DNA from: Occultella glacieicola
Lineage (GTDB): Bacteria > Actinomycetota > Actinomycetes > Actinomycetales > Beutenbergiaceae
Assembly: GCF_004353825.1 (NCBI RefSeq)
Contig: NZ_SMNA01000001.1
Coordinates: 434,001 to 498,000 of the forward strand
Length of the DNA stretch: 64,000 bases
Direction of reading: 5' to 3'
Both the position numbers and the translations under genes were made by a program. Positions 18,765-27,859 of the stretch are shown one piece after another (the first letter of the stretch is position 1; each line of letters opens with the position of its first letter). Under the pieces are notes generated by a model, which had not been told where the DNA came from, did not search any database, and was given only the letters and a program-made list of their open reading frames with translations.

Positions 18765-18976
18765 GCGTGGAGCGACCCGCGACGCAACTATGAGCAGCCC
18801 GGTCCCGCCAGGTGACGCTCGACCCTAGACACGCGGCCCGCTCCAGCCGAACACCCCGTCCTGCGGTAACCAACCCGCGCATATCAGTCTGACCGCGCGT
18901 CGCCAACGACGCGCTCACCACCGACACCGTCGACGAAGCAGAGGCGCCCGCCCCACCAACACGGGACGGGCGCCTC
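18765..18976 (+). ncRNA. Putative bridge/seek RNA of the IS110 element
   Basis: Nested stems (GGAGCG/CGCTCC, CCGCG/CGCGG, GAGC/GCTC) enclosing GCAACTA and CCTAG, which match the target; second loop CCGTC..CATATCAG matches the element ends; terminal hairpin 18941-18976. Confidence 0.7.
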
Positions 18977-19006
18977 ACTCTGCCACTTGACAGAAACGGC
19001 TACATA

Positions 19007-21364
19007 TCAGTTGCCGGCGGTGGGAACCGTTTCCAAGTATGGGTGATAAGCGTCGTGAATCTTGAGCCTTTGTTCGGGCACCCGTGGTTGCACCCTCCGC
19101 GCCAATGCCTCGACCCGTTCACTTTCGCTTCCGACCTCCGGGTAAACGAAGTCATTTGCATGTGCTTCCGGCCCCAGCACGCATATCGATATCAGCTTTT
19201 CGATCGTTCGATCCACGCGGTCCTCCGCAATACCTGCCTCCACCAGCCCAGTCGACAACTGCGCACGAGAGAGGATGGCAGGAGCGCCTAAGAGAGAGTA
19301 CAAAGCGCTTCGGAGCTCGGGAACAGTAACCCCGTTCTCCACCAACAGCGCATCGAACGCATAGTTAGAGTACACCTCGCGTGCAGCAATCATGTCGCTA
19401 CACGTTATCCTATTATTGCCGCGGTCAATGGCGCTTGCTACGGCCGCGTTCGCCAAGACCAGGACATCTCTGGGTCGGGGTTGAACGCTCGACGCTATGA
19501 ACGTACGCGTATCGATGTCGTTAACCTCTGGCGGAAAGACTTCGTCCCACACGCTCTTGCCTGGCCGTCCGCCGGCTTTGACTTCGTACCGAGCCTCGAG
19601 CACGTGCAGCAGAGTATTGGCGTCCTGCCATTTCACGGTTGAGAGAGGGAGCTTGTCGGGCTCACGAGCCTCGGTGCGCAGGTAGTGATAGATGTCGCTG
19701 CGCAGGAACACGGACACTGTCAGGCGCACTCGGTCGCGCCACCAATCTTGGCGATCAAAATCGCGCACTACGTTGCCTCGGGCCACGAGCAGACCCAGGA
19801 TGAACTTCGCCACTAATCGCAAGTCGACATTCTTGTCCCAACCTTTATCGAGGTTGTCGACAAGAATTGCGACTCGCCTCCGCGTGCGGAGCACGCCTCC
19901 GAGGACAGACCGCAACTGATTGAGCGCCTGTGCGTGAAACGCCTCATTGATGAGGTCCCGCCGAGGTGAACTCGAGTCCCCAGACGCGACTCGGTGCGAC
20001 AAGTGGTCGAGTGTCTGCTCAAGTCGTGTCGAGATGTCTGCGCGAAGGTCGAACGGCGCGTTCTCAACGTAGTTGATGAACCGTTGCTCGTCAGCACTCA
20101 CCGGGATGGTCGGGCCTCGTGCGTCGATGGCTTGAAGGACCGCAGACCCGACTTCGGATTGTATGACGAAGCGCCAGAGCGCATCGAAAAAGTAGTCCTG
20201 TTGTCCAGCAGGAAGGCTCATGACGGTCTCGAACATGGCTGGGAACTCGAAGGCGGGCGGTTTGATGAGGACTACGAGGTTCGTCTTGTTTGCGCGCAGG
20301 TGGTCGAGTGCACGAAATGCATTCGCCGTCTTACCTGTCCCCCGGTGGCCAACGAAGATGGTGTCCCGCGCATCGATGACGTCGTTGTAAGCTGACGTTT
20401 CGACGAAGTATTCGGAAAGTTCATTCAACTCATTCTCGGCAACATGCTCTCCGAATTTGAGGAGCGAGAGAGGGTTCCTTGGAGAACGTCGGGGCCTACT
20501 CCAGTCAACGCCTTCGAACGGCAGCGAGTCGAGCCAATCTCGAGCGAGTTGCACGCACTCTCGGGCGTACGTGTACTTCTGCAGAAGGGCCTCGTAGTCG
20601 AACGGGGCGTCGTACTCGGGTTCGGCCAACATGAAGATCGGCGTATCCAAACCGCGTGCTAGTCCAGCTGCAATGGCGTGCCGAACATTTATGACAGTGG
20701 ATCTGTTCCTGTGTGGTCCTGCGAAGTGAATCAGTACGCCAGCACTACGCATGATTGATGGGGCGAGCCAAGTTATCGGCTCAAAACTTGACTCCTTTGG
20801 ATCGGAGACTAAGACTTGAGTGCCGCGCTTGCGACGCTCATCGATGAATGCGCTCAATCGTGAGGATGCTTCGAAAGGGTCGAATGTAGGACAGTAGAGC
20901 AGGGAATCGCGCGGCTCTGAAACCTCAGGGAGGCTTGGCTCCAGCAAGTCGTCGTAGGCGGTCCTTTCATCTTCCCACGGAGTACTCTCAAGAAGATGTG
21001 AGCTCAAGTCGGTACTGTTGAAGTAGGAGGTATAGCCCAGCGGTTTCAACGTGGACAACTCGTTGAAGTCTTGCTTGCCGCTAGTCACAGATTGGTCGAG
21101 AAGGATTCGGATCGACTTTCCCCGTGCCATTGCATAGCCGAGCTCAAAAGCGACGTTTGAGTTGAGTTGGGTTAGATCGAATACGGCCGAGGCAGATTGG
21201 TCGATTTGAGAGAGGACTCGTGAAATTACCACTCGTCCGTCGACGTCCAGATCTTCCCAACTCTTGGCAGACACGCCTTGCTGGATGAGTTGGGTGACGG
21301 TGCGTCTCATCGTGTCGCCGATACTCCGTGGGCTACTAGGGTAGCCAAAGAACACGTCGATCAT
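19007..21364 (-). CDS. Tandem NDT/TIR-like domains + Sll1717-family P-loop ATPase (candidate defence protein)
   Basis: N-term VFFGYP..FDLTQLNSNVAFELGYAMARGK; GEHVAENE..YFVET; Walker A GHRGTGKT; Walker B ILVDNLD; FLRSDIY; RPRDVL; visibly lower GC than flanks; SD GGGAGG. Confidence 0.78.
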   Translation of the reverse strand: MIDVFFGYPSSPRSIGDTMRRTVTQLIQQGVSAKSWEDLDVDGRVVISRVLSQIDQSASAVFDLTQLNSNVAFELGYAMARGKSIRILLDQSVTSGKQDFNELSTLKPLGYTSYFNSTDLSSHLLESTPWEDERTAYDDLLEPSLPEVSEPRDSLLYCPTFDPFEASSRLSAFIDERRKRGTQVLVSDPKESSFEPITWLAPSIMRSAGVLIHFAGPHRNRSTVINVRHAIAAGLARGLDTPIFMLAEPEYDAPFDYEALLQKYTYARECVQLARDWLDSLPFEGVDWSRPRRSPRNPLSLLKFGEHVAENELNELSEYFVETSAYNDVIDARDTIFVGHRGTGKTANAFRALDHLRANKTNLVVLIKPPAFEFPAMFETVMSLPAGQQDYFFDALWRFVIQSEVGSAVLQAIDARGPTIPVSADEQRFINYVENAPFDLRADISTRLEQTLDHLSHRVASGDSSSPRRDLINEAFHAQALNQLRSVLGGVLRTRRRVAILVDNLDKGWDKNVDLRLVAKFILGLLVARGNVVRDFDRQDWWRDRVRLTVSVFLRSDIYHYLRTEAREPDKLPLSTVKWQDANTLLHVLEARYEVKAGGRPGKSVWDEVFPPEVNDIDTRTFIASSVQPRPRDVLVLANAAVASAIDRGNNRITCSDMIAAREVYSNYAFDALLVENGVTVPELRSALYSLLGAPAILSRAQLSTGLVEAGIAEDRVDRTIEKLISICVLGPEAHANDFVYPEVGSESERVEALARRVQPRVPEQRLKIHDAYHPYLETVPTAGN

Positions 21365-21625
21365 ATGCCCTCCCCATTGGAGTCAAGCGGTTGCTTTGGT
21401 TCTACACGTCGGCGAGGCGGCTGGCAAGGGCCAAATGGTGCGCCGCTTGGCGGAAGGCACGACCCAACCGATCCCCACCAGGTCGGAAGGGATGATCCTA
21501 GCGTCGGCCGGCTCGCTTGCTAGCACGAGCTGAGCGTCCATAGTGGGTTGCTAGAGACCTCCGGTAGGGCCGGTGTCTGGCCAGACTCGGCCTGAATTGC
21601 CCTGAATGTTCTGGAGGGTGGTTGG

Positions 21626-22561
21626 TTACGCGACCTCCGGGATGGGGGTCACGGGCGTAGCCTGCCGGTGAGCGTGTTCGAACTCAATGGGTGGCAGTTG
21701 CCCGATTGAGGAGTGGAGGCGGTCGTGGTTGTACCAGTGGACCCAGCGGGCGACTTGCCACTCGACCTCAGCGTGGTTCTTCCAGGTCGGTCCACCGTCG
21801 TTGATCGCCTCGGTCTTGAACAGCCCGATCGTCGACTCGCACAGCGCGTTGTCCAGCGCATCACCGACGGTTCCGATGGATCCGGCGATGCCTGCCTTGG
21901 CCAGTTCGGCGGTCAGCACCAGCGAGACGTATTGAGACCCGGCATCGGAGTGGTGGACGAGCCGGCCGCGCTCCCAGGTTGCTCCGGCGCGGTGACGCGC
22001 GTCGATCGCCTGGCGCAAGGCGTCGGTGACCAGGAAGGCGCGCATGCTTGTGGCGACTCGCCAGCCCAGGATGCGGCGGGAGTACACGTCTACGACGAAG
22101 GCGACGTAGATGAACCCGGTCAGCGTCCAGACGTAGGAGAAGTCGGCCACCCACAGCTGGTCAGGCGCGGTGGGCACATGCCAGCCGCGCTTGACCAGGT
22201 CGGGATGCCGTGGCGCCTCGGCCGACCGGCGGGTCGTGGTGGTGCGGTGCCGTCCCCGGATCGCGCCCGTGATCCCGGCGATGGCCATGAGCCGGGCGAC
22301 CTGATCGCGGCCCACGTCCAGGCCGGCGCGACGGGCGGCGTGCCACAGCTTGCGCACCCCGTACACGCCCCAGTTCTCCCGGTGGAGCGTCACCAGAGCG
22401 TTGGCCAGGTAGGCCCCCTCCAGCAGCGCCGTGCTCACCGGCTGAGACTTGTGGGCGTAGTAGGTGGACGGCGCGATCTTCATTCCATGCTGAGTTAGCA
22501 CGGCGCAGATCGGCTCGACGCCGAACCGGTCCCTGTAGGTGTCGATGTAGGCCACGATCAC
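21626..22561 (-). CDS. IS3 OrfB, DDE transposase core
   Basis: YGVRKLW, LWVADFSYV, HHSDAGSQY, DNALCESTIGLFKTE, WYNHDRLHSSIG. Confidence 0.93.
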   Translation of the reverse strand: MIVAYIDTYRDRFGVEPICAVLTQHGMKIAPSTYYAHKSQPVSTALLEGAYLANALVTLHRENWGVYGVRKLWHAARRAGLDVGRDQVARLMAIAGITGAIRGRHRTTTTRRSAEAPRHPDLVKRGWHVPTAPDQLWVADFSYVWTLTGFIYVAFVVDVYSRRILGWRVATSMRAFLVTDALRQAIDARHRAGATWERGRLVHHSDAGSQYVSLVLTAELAKAGIAGSIGTVGDALDNALCESTIGLFKTEAINDGGPTWKNHAEVEWQVARWVHWYNHDRLHSSIGQLPPIEFEHAHRQATPVTPIPEVA

Positions 22562-22883
22562 TTGAGTCGGCGGTCGAGCTCCGCCTGAGCGAAAACGCTG
22601 ACGCGGTCTTGAGGATCTCGTTCGCGCGCTCCAGCTCGGCCACGCGCTTCTTCAATGCGCGCACCTCCTCGGACTCACTCGAGCGAGCGGCCGCAGGCCG
22701 GCCGCCGCCGGCGCGCTCGGCCTCCTCAATCCAGTTCCGCAGCGTCGCGGGGTTAACGTCCAGGAGCGAGCCGACATGCTTCCGGGCTCCCAACTTCGAC
22801 TCGGTGCCCTCGGCGAGCTTCTCGCGGTACATCCGCACCGCCCGCTCCCGAAACTCACCGTCGTATCTCCTCGGTGCTGACAT
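22558..22883 (-). CDS. IS3 OrfA (HTH); 3' end apparently frameshifted, reads on to 22161
   Basis: RRYDGEFRERAVR..TLRNW..ELERANEILKTASAF; the typical tail AQAELDRRLK* lies in a different frame. Confidence 0.8.
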
Positions 22884-23039
22884 GAGATCCAGTCTCCTTT
22901 GCTAAATCAGCACCCTCCAGGAGATCCAGGGCAGTTCACCGCTGCCATCTCCTTGATCAGCCAAACGACTGCGAAGTTCCGCTGCCTACTCCGCAGCGGG
23001 CCTTATCGTGACGTAGCCTCGACGCCCAGGGAGGGTGCC

Positions 23040-23999
23040 ATGCCGTTTGAACTTGACAATCGACTCGTTGTAGGAGTCGCTTCCAGTGCCCTGTTCGACC
23101 TCTCCGACTCTGATGCAGTCTTCCGTGCGAAAGGCGAAGCGGAGTATCGGCGGTACCAGGAGCAGCACCTCAACGACACGCTCAAGCCGGGCGAGGCATA
23201 CCCGTTCATCAGGCGATTGCTCTCCCTCAACGATCTTGCCGACGCGCCGGATGACCCCCTGGTCGAGGTGATCGTGCTATCCCGCAATGATCCTGACACG
23301 GGTCTGCGCGTCATGAAATCGATCCAGGCACTTGGCCTTCCTATCACGCGCGCTGTGTTCATGCAGGGGCGGTCACCGCACAAGTTTATGCCCGCCTTCA
23401 ACATGTCCCTATTCTTGTCGGCGAGCGCCGAGGCCGTACGCGAGGCGGTGGACGCACGCCTCCCCGCGGGCCAGGTCCTGCCTTCGGCGGCCGTCGAAGA
23501 GGATGACTCCGGCGACCTCCGCATTGCCTTCGACTTCGACGGTGTCCTGGCGGATGACGCGTCGGAGGGGGTAATGCAGGCACAGGGTTTGCCGGCGTTC
23601 CACGCGCACGAGGTCGCCAACCTCGCTACGCCTCACAGCCCCGGTCCCCTAAAGGCGTTCCTCGAAGCGATCAACCGGATCCAGGACCGCGAGCAGGCGC
23701 GGTTCCTGGTAGACCCTGGGTACCGCATCAGAGTCCACGTGGCGATCGTGACCGCTCGCAACGCCCCGTCGCACGAGCGAGCCATGGGCAGTTTGAAGGA
23801 GTGGGGTGTACGGGTGAACGACGCGTTCTTCCTGGGCGGCGTGGAGAAGGCCCGTGTGCTTGAAATCCTCAAACCGCACATCTTCTTCGACGATCAAGCG
23901 GGGCACCTCGCGGGCGCCGCAAAGGTCGCGCCTAGCGTTCACGTGCCCTTCGGCATCGCGAACGCCGCTCCGCCAGCGTCGAACGAGCCGCGCCACTGA
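23040..23999 (+). CDS. 5'-nucleotidase (cN-I-like HAD family)
   Basis: ATG 23040; LVVGVASSALFDL, IAFDFDGVL, TARNAPSHER, FFLGG, PHIFFDDQ. Confidence 0.9.
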   Translation: MPFELDNRLVVGVASSALFDLSDSDAVFRAKGEAEYRRYQEQHLNDTLKPGEAYPFIRRLLSLNDLADAPDDPLVEVIVLSRNDPDTGLRVMKSIQALGLPITRAVFMQGRSPHKFMPAFNMSLFLSASAEAVREAVDARLPAGQVLPSAAVEEDDSGDLRIAFDFDGVLADDASEGVMQAQGLPAFHAHEVANLATPHSPGPLKAFLEAINRIQDREQARFLVDPGYRIRVHVAIVTARNAPSHERAMGSLKEWGVRVNDAFFLGGVEKARVLEILKPHIFFDDQAGHLAGAAKVAPSVHVPFGIANAAPPASNEPRH

Positions 24000-24202
24000 A
24001 GGCGCATCGGACTCGGACGCTCACCGGTGCCAACGGGAGGCCTGCAGCGAGCCGACTAGAGTTCTTGTGGAGGTCGCTAACCCCTGAGACCGTCCGGCAT
24101 CGGATGCCCCAATCTGGGCGGTTTGACGCTCCCCCGCAGCAGCGCGCATCAACTCACCTCAAGGCGCGTTAGGCGTGACTTCGGCGTCGAGGGCTACCGG
24201 TC

Positions 24203-25681
24203 CTAGCCCTCGGGCCGGTCGGTCCAGCCGTGCCGGGCGAGCACTCCGGCCAGGTCCGGCGGGGTGTAGGCGGGGCCCTTGAGGATCTTCCCGTCCTCGC
24301 GCAGGATCGGGCGGCCGTCGGCACCGAGCTTGGACAGGTTCGAACGGTGGATCTCGGCGAGCACGTGCTCCAGCGGAATGCCGCACTCGATCGCCATGCC
24401 GTAGACCACGTAGACCAGGTCGCCGAGCGCGTCGGCGGTGGCGACGGTGTCCCGGCGGCCGTCGTCGAGGGCCTCGGCGCGGGCGAACGCGACCTCGAGC
24501 TCGGCGCCGGCGGCGTCACCGTAGACGGCCTGGACCAGTTCGGCGAGCTCCTCGGCGACCAGGGCCAGGCGCATCGGCACCCGCGGCCGGTCGACGTTCG
24601 GGGCGCCGCCGGTGAGCGGCATGGCGTAGATGCGGTGGAACTCGTCGACGAGCACCTCGGGGTCGCGCCCCGAGTGCGGTGTGCCGGGGGTGCCCGAGGG
24701 CGGTGGCGCGGTCGGGCGCCCGACCGCACCGCCGCCGTCGGGCAGGGTGTTCTCGGCCACCTGCGGCAGCGGCACCTCGCCCTCGCGGGCGTACCAGTGC
24801 CCGCCGGCGCGCAGGTGCGCGACGACCGCACGCTCGAGCGAGCTGTGCTGCGGGAGGGTGTCCAGGTCCACCTCGCCGCGGCGGTTGAACACGAAGAACA
24901 TGACGTCGGTGTCCGCGGTGGTGCGGGCCGGTGTGAGTTCCCAGCGCCGTTGGAAGGACGCCATGTTCGACCCGGGCGCGAGGACCTCGCTCAGCTGCGG
25001 GTCGAGCAGCCAGCTGGCGCAGTGGATGTTGGCGGCCGGGTAGTCGGGGAAGTGCCGGGCGAAGAACGTGACCGCGCGAGCGAACGAGGCGTCCACGGCG
25101 GCCGGGGTGAGCGGTCCGGTCCGCGGGATGTGCGCGGACAGGGCGATGCCCTCGGCGCCCGGGCGGCGGCGCGGGGTGTACTGGAGGCGGCCGAGCCAGT
25201 AGTTGCCGCCGGTCCAGTGGCCGATCAGCCAGTCCTGGGTGTGCAGCCCGAACTCGCCGAAGGTGAGCCGGTGCACGTGCATCTGCTGGCCGAGGTCACC
25301 GAGGGAGCGCCAGGAGATCGCGTCCGAGATGCCGCGCTCGCGGTGGAACTCGCGCACGTCGCCCGCGGTGGCCACGAACGCGAGGAACGCGCCGATCCCG
25401 TCGCCGCCGCGGCTGGTGCCCGGTTCGCGGGGGAAGATCGGGCCGGGGGCGTCCATGGTGATGTCGCCGAGGCGATCGCGGAGGGCGTTCGCGTAGCCGG
25501 TGACCCGCTCGAGGGTGCCGGAGTCGGTGAGCGCGTTCGCGACGGCGGCCTCGGCCTCCGGCAGGTCCTCCGGGCGCAGGCCGAGCAGGACCAGGATCTC
25601 GGGCAGGTCGGGCGCTCCGAGCCGGGCGGCGACGTCCGCGGCGGTCAGGGGAGTGAGCATGCGGGGGTACGCGGCAGGCAT
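24203..25681 (-). CDS. DUF5596/GNAT-like acyltransferase domain fused to PRA-PH/MazG-like NTP pyrophosphohydrolase
   Basis: ATG 25681; N-part LGRLQY, HIP..GPL, CASWLLDPQL; C-part EFH, EELAEL, ADALGDLVYV, EIHRSNLSK, REDGKILKG. Confidence 0.75.
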   Translation of the reverse strand: MPAAYPRMLTPLTAADVAARLGAPDLPEILVLLGLRPEDLPEAEAAVANALTDSGTLERVTGYANALRDRLGDITMDAPGPIFPREPGTSRGGDGIGAFLAFVATAGDVREFHRERGISDAISWRSLGDLGQQMHVHRLTFGEFGLHTQDWLIGHWTGGNYWLGRLQYTPRRRPGAEGIALSAHIPRTGPLTPAAVDASFARAVTFFARHFPDYPAANIHCASWLLDPQLSEVLAPGSNMASFQRRWELTPARTTADTDVMFFVFNRRGEVDLDTLPQHSSLERAVVAHLRAGGHWYAREGEVPLPQVAENTLPDGGGAVGRPTAPPPSGTPGTPHSGRDPEVLVDEFHRIYAMPLTGGAPNVDRPRVPMRLALVAEELAELVQAVYGDAAGAELEVAFARAEALDDGRRDTVATADALGDLVYVVYGMAIECGIPLEHVLAEIHRSNLSKLGADGRPILREDGKILKGPAYTPPDLAGVLARHGWTDRPEG

Positions 25682-25782
25682 GGAGCAACCGTACGGGGTG
25701 CGAGCGCGTGCCCTACCGGCGGGTGTTGTTGTGCGGCCCATGGCGCCGGTGGGCCGCACGATCGCACGTTCGACCCGGTGCC

Positions 25783-26598
25783 TCAGTGGGCGCCGCCCTC
25801 CCAGGTGTCGCCGCACGGGCCGCCGCCGGTCGCCTCGTCGATCGTGACATCCGCACCCGTGTTCGGGTCGACGAGCGGCAGGTAGAACCGGGAGACCTCC
25901 AGGCTGGCCTGCGGCACGAAGTGCAGGATCAGCGAGCGGCGGAACCGATCCGCCGAGGTGTTCGGCAGCGACCCGTGCACCATGCTGCCGTGGAAGAACA
26001 GCACGTCGCCGGCGCGCATCTCGGTCTGCACGGCCGCCATGCCCTCGGGCGGGCGGACCAGGCCGGTCGTGAAGGACTCCGTGGCGTCGGCCTCCTCCGG
26101 GCACACGACCTCCATCGTGTGCGATCCCGGCACCACGGCGAGCGCGCCGTTCTCGGCGTCGCAGTCGTCGACGGCGATCCACGCCGCCACGCAGGTCTCC
26201 GGGTGGGCGCGCAGGAAGTAGTTGTCCTGGTGCATCGCCTGGCCGCGGGCCGTCGGTGGCTTGAAGTAGAACATCGACTGCGCGCCCCACACGCTTCCGA
26301 CGAGGTCGGTCGTGAGATCGACGATGCGGGGATCGCTCAGGTACTGCCGGGCGAGCCGGCCGATCGCCAGGTCGGGCCGGCGGTGCGGCTGCATGAACCG
26401 CGGATAGCGGGCGAGGATGTCATCCTCGTCGACCTCGTGGGTGGCGCCGACGGCGGTGCGATCCCGCTCGACCTGTTCCATGTAGGTGTCCCGGATGGCG
26501 GCCACCTCCGCGGGGTCGAGCAGACCCTTGACGTGGACGACTCCGTCCCGGTCGTACTGCTCGCGGCGGGTGGCGGGGCTGGCGACTAGCGTGGTCAT
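25783..26598 (-). CDS. Phytanoyl-CoA dioxygenase (PhyH) family Fe/2OG enzyme
   Basis: HQD motif, WIAVDD...ENGAL.VVPGSH, GDVLFFHGSMVHGS..N; ATG 26598. Confidence 0.9.
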   Translation of the reverse strand: MTTLVASPATRREQYDRDGVVHVKGLLDPAEVAAIRDTYMEQVERDRTAVGATHEVDEDDILARYPRFMQPHRRPDLAIGRLARQYLSDPRIVDLTTDLVGSVWGAQSMFYFKPPTARGQAMHQDNYFLRAHPETCVAAWIAVDDCDAENGALAVVPGSHTMEVVCPEEADATESFTTGLVRPPEGMAAVQTEMRAGDVLFFHGSMVHGSLPNTSADRFRRSLILHFVPQASLEVSRFYLPLVDPNTGADVTIDEATGGGPCGDTWEGGAH

Positions 26599-26669
26599 GC
26601 CCCCAGCGTGTCCCGCGTCGGTGCCGGCCAGAATGGACGGTCTCGCCGCAAACATGGACAATCCGACTC

Positions 26670-27500
26670 ATGCCTGCTGCGCGTGCCCGCCGGGATGACC
26701 GCGGTCCGGTGATCGACGGGGTGCTGCCCGGCCGGTTGAGCGTCGGGACGGGGTTCGACACCGTGCGACCCCGAGGGGTGCCGGAGTGGCTGATCATGCT
26801 CACCGTCGGCGGTCGCGGCCGGCTGCGGCCCGCCACCTCCCGCGACTGGATCGAGCTGCCGCCGCGGTCGATCGTCGCCTACCGGCCGCACGTGCCGCAG
26901 GAGTACGGAACCGCGCCGAGCCCCGGCACCTGGGAGGTCCTGTGGATGCACGTGCACCCGCGGGCCGACTGGCTGCCGCTGCTGGAGTGGGCGCCGTGCG
27001 CACCCGGCATCGGTCGGCTCGACCTCTCCGCCGTCATCGCCGAGCGGGTCCAGGTGGCGCTGACCCGGGCGGTCGCGCACCACCTGACCGGGCTCGGGCA
27101 GTCCCGGGCGCTCGCGATGAATGCGGTCGAGGAGGGGTTGCTGTGGAGCGAGTCGGAGAATCCCCGCAGCGGGCGCACCGACGCCACGGTGCTGGCGGTC
27201 CTGGAGCACGTCGGAACGCACCTCGGCGCCCCGCACAGCCTGACCTCGCTCGCCGCGGTCGCGGGGGTCTCCCCATCCCACCTCGGCAGGACCATGAAGG
27301 AAGCGACCGGCATGTCGGTGATGGCCGTCGTCGAGCGGATGAGGATGGACGCCGCCCGCGAGCTGCTCGATCACACCGGCCTGACGGTAGCCCAGGTCGC
27401 CGCCCGGGTGGGCTACCCGGACCCGTTGTACTTCTCGAGGCGGTTCCGCCGCGACAGTGGTCTGCCGCCACGGGCCTGGCGACGGCGCACCGGGCGCTAG
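26670..27500 (+). CDS. AraC family transcriptional regulator (divergent from PhyH gene)
   Basis: C-terminal VAARVGYPDPLYFSRRFRR; N-terminal AraC-type ligand domain. Confidence 0.9.
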   Translation: MPAARARRDDRGPVIDGVLPGRLSVGTGFDTVRPRGVPEWLIMLTVGGRGRLRPATSRDWIELPPRSIVAYRPHVPQEYGTAPSPGTWEVLWMHVHPRADWLPLLEWAPCAPGIGRLDLSAVIAERVQVALTRAVAHHLTGLGQSRALAMNAVEEGLLWSESENPRSGRTDATVLAVLEHVGTHLGAPHSLTSLAAVAGVSPSHLGRTMKEATGMSVMAVVERMRMDAARELLDHTGLTVAQVAARVGYPDPLYFSRRFRRDSGLPPRAWRRRTGR

Positions 27501-27506
27501 TCGGCG

Positions 27507-27833
27507 TTAGTCGCCGCCCGGCCGCTCCTCGGTGCCGGCCGAGCGCAGTGCGGCGCGGCGGAGCATCTCGTGGGCCTCCTCCGGGGGCAGGGTCGCCTGG
27601 CCGACGTCCTCCGCGGCATCGAGGGTCGGTGCGGCGCCGGGCAGCTCGGCCTGGAACGCGGCCGCGGCGGCGTCGATCTCGGCCTGGCTGTGCTGGTTGG
27701 CCAGGGTCATGATCTCGCCCCACAACTGCTTCGCCTCGTCCTCCTGCTCGGGGCCCGCCTGCTCGGACAGTTCGAGGGTCTCGAGGCGGGCGCCGATCTC
27801 GTCCATGCGCCGGCGGAACTTCGCGTAGTCCAT
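27507..27833 (-). CDS. Hypothetical acidic helical protein
   Basis: 108 aa ORF with GC-rich third positions filling the gap between genes. Confidence 0.6.
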   Translation of the reverse strand: MDYAKFRRRMDEIGARLETLELSEQAGPEQEDEAKQLWGEIMTLANQHSQAEIDAAAAAFQAELPGAAPTLDAAEDVGQATLPPEEAHEMLRRAALRSAGTEERPGGD

Positions 27834-27859
27834 TCGACCGAGCGTAGGAGCCCCGCGGC

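Larger units (their letters stand above)
17527..19010 (+). mobile_element. IS110-family insertion sequence (IS1111-like organisation)
   Basis: Subterminal IRs TATGTAGC (17533-17540) / GCTACATA (18999-19006); AG core at both ends (17527-28, 19009-10); long 3' non-coding region; outward TTGACA at 18987. Confidence 0.85.
21593..22938 (-). mobile_element. IS3-family insertion sequence
   Basis: 28-bp terminal IRs with TG..CA ends (21593-21620 / 22911-22938, 24/28 match); orfA and orfB. Confidence 0.92.

Noticed and set aside
17527..22938. Composite transposon carrying the ATPase
   Set aside because: The flanking IS elements belong to different families with different chemistry; independent insertions are more parsimonious
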